20,000 bases of DNA from Paramecium tetraurelia. Its lineage: Eukaryota. Below the pieces are notes generated by a model that was not told where the DNA came from, searched no databases, and saw only the letters and a program-made list of their open reading frames with translations. The position numbers and the translations under genes are program-made. Positions 12,209-20,000 of the stretch are shown in pieces. Numbering within the stretch: the stretch's first letter is position 1; each line of letters opens with the position of its first letter. The stretch covers positions 385,786 through 405,785 of the forward strand of contig CT868618.1 of the NCBI GenBank assembly GCA_000165425.1, written 5' to 3'.

Positions 12209-12803
12209 TCATTTGGTTTATTCTTCATCACTCGTTTTCGCATCACTAAGTTTCGATTTCGACATAAAGTTTGAATGAGGATTTCCATTGTTTTGATTGT
12301 TTCTATTTTATTTCCTCACAATAATTTTTTTTTTTAAAGCACTCATCTAATTATCAATATCGTGTTGAATCAATTCAGCCTAATCTCTCTACTGCATTTC
12401 ATAATCCTGAAATTATACAGATTTATACTTCCTGCATTGTTTTTATCTTTTCAAAACTATTGTTAAGATCTGACTGAACTTGTGCTTGTTTTTCTAATTT
12501 TAATACTGGCAAAGAAAAATTATGCTAATGTCTATGTACTATAGGGGTTTTATTCGATTTTTAAACGTATTATTCTTTCAAATTCAATAGTGTAAATGGT
12601 CTAGAGAGGATGAATTACATTTTTTCTAAGAAATATTGTTTAATTGGGTCCTTTTTTAAATCATAAAACATCACAAGCTCTCCAATACTTAAGATGAGTT
12701 GCTCCAAATCTTGTTTATCAGCCTCTTCCTAATAGAATCTTTATTCTAAATTATTTAATTTTGCGTAAAAGTTAGTATCAAATTTTTGTTGATTAATTGA
12801 CAT
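12209..12803 (-). CDS. Hypothetical helical/coiled-coil protein, ~190 aa, intron 12407-12428
   Basis: MSINQQKFDTNFYAKLNNLEQRFYQEEADKQDLEQLILSIGELVMFYDLKKDPIKQYFLEK...; a 22-nt GTA..CAG intron bypasses a TGA and gives 191 codons. Confidence 0.8.
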
Positions 12804-12907
12804 TCAATATTTTAATTACTACGCTTGTAAATATCAATAATTAACTTTAATCGAAGAATTTTATCTGTTATATAAACCAAGAATATTATAAAATTAATTA
12901 ACGAATT
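12804..12907. promoter_or_regulatory. 104-bp divergent intergenic region, candidate bidirectional promoter
   Basis: Head-to-head ATGs at 12803 (-) and 12908 (+) with a very AT-rich spacer; no specific motif identified. Confidence 0.45.
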
Positions 12908-15331
12908 ATGAAAAACATTAATCCATAAAGTCCCTCGCCATACAAATTAAAGGATTCCAATTTAAACTATGATACTTAGCAATATCAAGAATTGATGAAG
13001 AATTTTGAAAATTTAATCAAAGTCACTCAAGACAAACTTTACTCCAATTAAAAAAAAATAGAAGAAACTTGTAAGTGTTCAATAGAGGATCAATATTAAG
13101 CCTTATTAATAGAAAATGACAACCTAAAATAACTGCTCTAAGAATTACAATTGAAATTAGAACAGGATAATTCCGATGTTAGACCACTAGAATAACAATA
13201 ATAATTTGAATCCTTCATGAAAGAGGCTGTATTAAAATCGGAACAACAAAATGAACTTATAGAGAGATTATAGCAGCAAACTTTGGAATTTCAGCAATAG
13301 TTGTTAATTGAAAAAGGTTAACATTGTTAAACCCAAAAATAACTTTCAGACATTTAAGAAGAATTTCATAATTATAAAAAAGAAAGGACTCTTTAATAGT
13401 GTTATGATTTCGAAGTAACTGAGAAAATCACACAAGGCTATTCAGAATTGGTTAAAGAAAATCAAAAATAGAAATAGGAATTGAAGGAACTTTAACAAGA
13501 GATAGACAAATTAAGAATTGCATTAAATTAAGCTTACATTTCATTATCAAAACAATAGCAATAATAACATAAACTGCCTTTAAGAATTACAAATCAGGAT
13601 GAATTGCAAACAACAGGAACTCAGACAGAGACCATTATATATTAGTAGCATGAAATTTTAAAGGAAAGAATAAACAATTAAATGTACAATTTAGAAAAAT
13701 TCATTTCATAATATTTGGATAAAAAGAAGATGAGAAATAAATCAGCGAATGAAAATAAATTTTATACTGACCTAAGTTGTTGGGTTGAACAAGCAAAATT
13801 CGAATTGATTTCATTAAAACAATAAATTACAGCTTTGGTTACTGAAAAAGAACATTAAAAAGAGCAACTGATTGCAGTAAAATAAGATTTTGAATAAGCT
13901 TAGAACTCTTTGACTTAAGAAACACAAGTATTAAAAAGTGAAATAAAGAATTAGAATGAAAAGTATTAAATTTTATTAGAGGATTTCAATAAGGCTTAAA
14001 TAAAATATACTGAAATTGCAGAAGAGAAAAAATTAATTTCTAATGTCAGAATCTAATTGGAAAGCGAGCTTAATTAATTGAAATCATAATATGAGTAACT
14101 ACAATTTGAGTCGAACTCTTATGATACATAGTTTAAAATAATAACTTAATCATATTAAAGTGATAAGAAACTATATGAAGATTAATTAGAGAAATAATAA
14201 TAAAAAAATTTATCCCTAGAATCAGAGCTTTCTTAAAGTTTGTTGTAAAAGGAACAAATAATTAACTAACTAGGCTTAGCAAATAATAATATTTAACAAC
14301 TATAATAATAATTAAAAGAAGCGTAAGAAAAAGCCAATCATTCATCAGAACATTTTGAATAAACTTAAGAGAAAATCACTTTTATAATAAAGGAAAAAGA
14401 GCAGCTTATGAAATCAAATCTGGAACTTGAATAGAATCAATAGATTTTGAAAGAGAATATTAATAAGCTGAAAGAATAACAGTCCAAACTCGAGAAAGAA
14501 AGATAAAACAATCAGAACTTAGTTTATGAAATGGAAAAGGAGAAGGAAGATTTAAAAATCTATTGCTAAAAACTTTAATAGGATTTAACTGAGCGAAATG
14601 TTCAATTAACATCTTTAAAGGAGCAATTGTCAAACATGGAATATTAATTATACCTAACTCCATCTGATGATAAGTCAAGAATTGAAAATACCTATATGTC
14701 CTCAAAGATAGAAGATTTAGAAAGTATTTTGAAAGAGAAAGATCAAAAAATCGAGGATCTAGAAAGATTGTACCATTTAACTAACTATGAATTGAGAATC
14801 TTATAAGACTATTCATCAACTTTTGAGAGAGACTTGGAATTTTATAAAACCAAAGTTTAAAAATTAGAATAAGAACTTATAGAATAACAAAATGTATTAT
14901 CCATTTCTAAAGCTTCAGTAAATTCTAATATACGTAAATTATTAATTTAAAATTTAGCAACGAACAAATTTGATGAATAAGCTAGAATGAATTCTTCACC
15001 CATTTCTTCTTTAAAAATAGACTCCTAGACTACTAACGGATCCCCTTAGATCTAAGTTAAAATATTATCTGGCGAGATTTAAAGACTAAGTCAAATTGTC
15101 AAAATACAATAGAAGAAATTATTGGATTTATAATATTTTATTGAAAAGATGATTACATCTAACGAATAAAATAGATTATTAGCAAAGCAAATTCTCCTCT
15201 AGGCTAGTTAATGTGGAGAAATTAATGGATATAATTTATTTGAAAAGGTAAATCTTAATACTCAAATCGGCGTTAATTCATGTGAAACTTTTGGTATTAA
15301 TGTTCAAAGTATTGAAAAGCATGAATTTTGA
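12908..15331 (+). CDS. Long coiled-coil protein, ~807 aa, apparently intronless (structural/cytoskeletal-like)
   Basis: ATG 12908 (MKNINPQSPSPYKLK) and TGA 15329-15331 are in the same code-6 frame, and the stretches I translated were TGA-free. The sequence is Q/E/K/L-rich and heptad-like, with many TAA/TAG Gln codons. Confidence 0.88.
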
Positions 15332-15383
15332 TTTATATTTTCTATTTATATAAACACTTATATTAATTTATCTAGAGAACAGT

Positions 15384-16100
15384 ATGGGGATGACAGAGTG
15401 CAAAGAATGCAATTAGGCTTCTGTAGAAGATCAATTACCATAACCTTTTTAATTATCAATAAGAGGAAGATCTCATTTAATTTCTATTACTTCCTACTAA
15501 GGAGAAGTTAAAACAGTAATTCTAAATTATGAATTAATCTAGTTATCTATAGAACCAAACTTAGAGATTGCTTTTCCACTTACATAAGAAGAATTAGTTG
15601 AATATGAAGAATAATTGAAAACGCCAATTAAGTAAAGATTATAAGAACTTGAACCTTTACAAATCAGACCACTAAAATCAGTAAACAAAAAAGTTTGTAT
15701 GATAGTATGAATATTCTGAAAGAGCATATAAATTAAAAAAAACATAATCAATATATTTAGGATAATGGAGCAATGGCATACCTCAAGGTTTTGGTATTTT
15801 AATAAATCCGATTGAAAATTCATATTATGAAGGATCTATTTTGGGAGGAAAACCTCATGGATTTGGAAGAAAAATTTATTCACAAGGAAACTATTATTAA
15901 GGTAGACTTATCGTATCATTTTATAAGGCGAATTTGAATATGGAAAAATATCAAATCAAGGTTTGGTTGTTATAAGAAAGGAAAAAGATGATACAAAAGA
16001 ATAAATTTAAATCGATAATTAACAATCAATTAATCAAAACATGAAAATTGATTCTATATAAACAGAAAGATCATAAGTAATGAGTTCAATAAAAAAATGA
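15384..16100 (+). CDS. Short MORN-repeat protein (about 3 divergent repeats)
   Basis: Starts MGMTECKECNQ. Repeats IYLGQWSNGIPQGFG, YYEGSILGGKPHGFG and YYQGEFEYGKISNQG. Intron 15902-15927, an intron at ~15697-15724 and possibly an in-frame one near 15516-15542. Stop TGA 16098-16100. Confidence 0.8.
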
Positions 16101-16504
16101 AATTGTATATAATTAAAATTTCAATAAACTAGATATTTAGTTATACTTAATTTATTCCTAAACCCCTAAATTCTTTACGAAATGTTATTTAAATTATTGT
16201 TTTTAGTAATAATAGACAAACTTTAATCTATTTGGATTAGATAATGAAATTGGGGAAGAATAATTAATGTCATATTCATCATGTCATAGCAAGATGTTCA
16301 ATCATTTTAAACAATTACCCTTTTACTTCTTGCTGATGATTAACTTTTCATTTTCTCTTTCTATTAAATTTAGATACTAAATAAAAGAAATTATTTGAAT
16401 CGTTAGACTTATTATAAATAAAATTTATATTAAATGCAACAAAAGCATAGAAATATTTAGCAGCAAAATCTTTAATATAGAAAAATTATATATTATAAGA
16501 ATTC

Positions 16505-18693
16505 ATGTAACAAGGCAATCATTTCTAAGCAAAGAATAAGTGTTTCGAACATAATGAAAATGCAGTTTTTATTAGGACATCATTTACAAATAATAAAAAT
16601 ATCAAATTATGCTATAAGTGCATACTAAATTAGAATAAAAATCTTATGCTCATAGAAGATGTAGAAAAATAGTTTGAACATTCAAAGATTCATATAATGA
16701 AAGAAATAAAAAGTAAGAGAGAAATAAATTCTAATATTCTTAAGAATCTAAAAGAAAACCTTCTAAAATTTGAGATCTCCTTTTAAGAAAAAATAAAATA
16801 GATCTAGCAGAGTATTGATGAACAATTGAAAATAATCTCAAATTCTAATTTGGAACCCTTGGATAAAATAACTATTTTTAATTTTGATGAAATAGAAAAA
16901 CCATTGATCTCAAATGCAGTTAATTTTGAAAAAATTAAAAATATGCTTACCCATCAATATGAGTCATTATCTACAAGTTACTTTTTAAAATTTAGTGGAC
17001 AACTCTTAGCAAAAATAGAATTAGAAGAAGAAAATTATCATTTTAGATTAAAGTAAGAACTTACTAATTGTAAGATTTAAAATACTATTTCGCTGCCTAA
17101 TAATAATTTGATTTGTGAAAAACATTAAAGTCAATTGATAATGGTTGATATAAGTGTATAATCAAATGTACCAAATAGAATCGCATGTTATTATTGTATT
17201 CCAGAATATGCAGCAAAGTACACTTCTTTTGAACAGTTCCAGTAGCTGTGGATGAAAAATAAATCTAAATTTCAAGAATAATTTATTATTCATTAGAAAT
17301 ACGTAAACACTCAGATAGAGAATGCTATTGATTTAATAAATAATTTTAAGGAAAATCTAATTAAGTTTTTAGATGTCCATTAAACTTCATTAAACTAGAT
17401 CAAGAATAAACCCAATACAGAATCAGTTTATAATATTTACAAGTTGGTAGCAAAAGAATGGATTGATTTAACTAAATCAGAAATCATAGAGATAGTCTAA
17501 ACATTAAGTTAAATAAAAAATGAATAAATGGTATGTAATGATATAAAGGAAGAATTCGAGTAAAAATTATGGAAATTTTAGGAATCTTCAAAAGTTTTAA
17601 TTTATTAATTTGAATTAATTTAAAAATAATTTGTTATGGACATTCAGAATCTTTTGGATGCAGAAGAAGAATAAAAGGTTTCTGATTGCAGGTTTTAGGT
17701 TGATTTTTATAAAAATACAATTACAACTGGTACTAAAAACCTAATTAATTACGATATTATTGAACAAGATCTAATGTTAGATTAAAATGTTAATTCTATT
17801 TTATTCAGTCCTGACTCCTCAACTTTAATTGCAGGATGCTCTAATGGAAGAGTAAAAGTGTTTGATTTTAAGTCAGAAAAATTAATATTATTAGAAGTAT
17901 TAGATGAGCATAAAAAATAAGTAGATTTTTTATTATTTATGAAATAAACAAATAATTTTATATCTGGGAGTAAAGATGAGAAAATCATTATTTGGTCTGA
18001 GCCTGATTTAAATGAAAAACGGAAAGTTATTATACAATTAAAAGGAAGTAATGGATTGTTAAATTGCATGGCACTCAATATCAATGAAGATTTACTTGCA
18101 GCAGGTTGTGGAAGCACCTTGATATTCTGGTCCAAAGAAAAAGTTTGGTAGCCTTTATGCTCTGTTTCGGAAGAGAAGACAGATATCTCAAGTATTTCTT
18201 TTAGTAATTCTAAAAACATACTAGTTTCTTCATCTTATAATAGTAAATAAATTTCTATATATCAATCAAGTAAGTCTAATATATGGGCAAGATCCTAAAC
18301 CATAATGACTAATGATTGGGGTTCCAATTTTAATATTTTTAAATAGCACATCCTTCTTATTTTAATCTTTTAATTAGGATATATTGGAAATATATGATTG
18401 TAATTCATAAAACTAAAAAATTTTAGAAATCAAAAGAATTTAGAATTGAATTAGGAAATCAGACTAATGCCTAATCTTTTAGACAGATTGTTAAATCTTA
18501 AGACTTTCTCCTTTATAAAGCTGGATGTAAACTTTATTTAATAAGATGCTAAAATAATGGAGAATTAAATATTGAATGGTCACTAAAACTTTAGGATGAA
18601 AGATCATTTTGTACAATCAGTGAAAATACGAAATATCTAGTAACATGGAATTACAATACTAAAGAATTTGTAATTAGAAAACAGAAGCAATGA
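16505..18693 (+). CDS. Protein with two C-x2-H...C-x2-C Zn-finger-like/helical modules plus C-terminal WD40 repeats; frameshifted near the 3' end (possible pseudogene)
   Basis: Open frame 16505-18397 contains CFEH...LCYKC, ICEKH...ACYYC, and WD40 repeats (VNSILFSPDSSTLIAGCSNGRVKVFD; HKKQVDFLLFMKQTNNFISGSKDEKIIIW). The WD40-like C-terminus (ISENTKYLVTWNYNTKEFVIRKQKQ-TGA 18693) lies in another frame. Confidence 0.8.
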
Positions 18694-18779
18694 CATATAT
18701 TAAAATTATTATAAAATTATAAAGCAATTCTGCTGCTTAATCAAATTATATTAAAATTTTAATTTTTTTAAGAAAGTTA

Positions 18780-20000
18780 GAAGAGTTTAATTAGGAAAGA
18801 TTTGAAAATACTAGATACCAAAAATGTTAATAAAAATTTATGCTAACACTTTAAGAATACCCTAAGCAGTAGCTATTGCATGTAATAATAAGATACAAAA
18901 ATCAGAATTAAAACTAATTATTGTTAATCCTTTCATAGAAATAGACAAATATAATTACAATTTTCCTTTTTATAAATTGTAAAACTTGATCTATGAAATT
19001 TTATTTTTCTTTACTTTTCTTGTACTTTAGTTATTATTATAATTATTTTTTTATTATAGTTTTTGTTTTGTTAAGGAATTAAACAAAGATTAAATTATTC
19101 ATTCTCTTTTATTTTGATTGATCCCAGTTATCGCTTGTTCTATTAATTCTTCATCTTTATACATCTGCTTTCTTCATTTTCCCCTCAATGATTTCTGGAA
19201 CTTCTTATAAAACAATATGTCCAAAAATCTTTTACGAAAATCAGCTAATCGTTTATCGCACACTTATAAATGTTGCATATTTTGACTTTTTAGCTGCATA
19301 ATTCATTGAAGTTAAGGAACCTTAAAGTTCCTGTTAATTTAATTAATCTAATCAATAATACTTTCTGGGGTCAATTTTGGTACTCTGATTATGCCATCAA
19401 GTATTGTCTTTATAGTTTTATAGGTTGCTTTTTCAAGTTTAAAGTAAGCTGTTTAGATCGCTAAATTCGAATATATCAAATAATACTCCTCTATGAGCTT
19501 AATATTATGATTGGTCTGAATCGCTATTTTGAAAGAGTCTCTGGATATTAATTATTTAATGGAACTATTAACCTTAGTTATTTGTCTCTTTGCAGCTAGT
19601 TTAATTAATTCTAAGGCTGTTCAAACTTGGTTACTCTATTATGAGGTAAATAATAATGATATTGATATATGTATCATTTTGAACTTCCACTTGGTATCTC
19701 GAGGTCCAAACTCGTTGTGTATGAATGTTTAAATATCTCATTTGATTGGAAGCATTGGCAGCACAAAGGGCAGACCATTGTCTTGTCAAAAGATAACAGT
19801 GCCATCCCCTCCTCAGAGATGAGATGGTTTAAATGTTATATTACCTTATGCAAATCCTCTTTTTCGTCTGTCAATTTACATACAAAGTCGGTTTTTAATC
19901 CACATTAGGATTCCTTAGCAGAATCATTTTCATTCCTGAGTTTTCCATGCGGTTAACTTAAGAGTGCGGGTAAACATAGGCGTCGCAAGCTCGCCCTGGG
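18780..20000 (-). mobile_element. Decayed non-LTR retrotransposon (reverse transcriptase ORF) remnant, extending beyond the window end
   Basis: Colinear degenerate motifs on the minus strand across frameshifts and TGAs: LRR[+1 nt]DGTVI (19792-19816), RLIVPLNNQYPETLSKQRFRPIIILS then KLIEE (19485-19577), VPKL...VLLIRLIK, KKSKYATFISV, TGINQ...IIQSLFNS. GC content rises towards 20000. No YADD recognised. The left boundary is approximate. Confidence 0.65.

Noticed and set aside
16157..16170. CCTAAACCCCTAAA, telomere-like sequence
   Set aside because: Too short, and does not match tandem Paramecium CCCCAA/CCCAAA repeats.
17782..18219. 145-aa minus-strand ORF, and similar antisense ORFs at 4681, 7971, 9132, 9717, 14460 and 15539
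   Set aside because: They are antisense to well-supported WD40, MORN, PMCA or coiled-coil genes and show no motifs of their own.
18328..18420. Euplotes-type programmed +1 ribosomal frameshifting in the WD40 gene
   Set aside because: That mechanism needs an AAA codon followed by a stop codon, and TAA/TAG are sense codons here. Indels or cryptic splicing are simpler explanations.
19331..19486. Intron-like GTA..AG segments suggesting an intact spliced host gene at 18800-20000
   Set aside because: Splicing them still meets TGAs shortly downstream in the frames tried. The degenerate RT motifs explain the region better.
1..20000. CRISPR arrays, tRNA/rRNA genes, prokaryotic operons or defence systems
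   Set aside because: No repeat-spacer array or structured RNA gene was recognised, and the DNA is eukaryotic with introns.

Overview
AT-rich, gene-dense ciliate DNA, almost certainly Paramecium. It reads with genetic code 6 (TAA/TAG = Gln, TGA the only stop), has 20-30 nt GT..AG introns, and most intergenic gaps are 50-400 bp. The supplied standard-code ORF track is therefore mostly fragments or antisense shadows. Manual re-translation gives about 11 genes: a START-like lipid-binding protein (partial), three small hypotheticals, a secreted acidic protein with a C-terminal beta/gamma-crystallin domain, two MORN-repeat proteins, a PMCA-type Ca2+-ATPase, an ankyrin-DHHC palmitoyltransferase, an ~807-aa coiled-coil protein and a Zn-finger-like/WD40 protein with two apparent frameshifts. 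The most notable item is the last ~1.2 kb, which looks like a heavily decayed non-LTR retrotransposon reverse-transcriptase remnant on the minus strand, next to the damaged WD40 gene. Regions ~2200-2640 and ~5960-6750 could not be resolved. All family calls come from motif recognition by eye; no database search was run.
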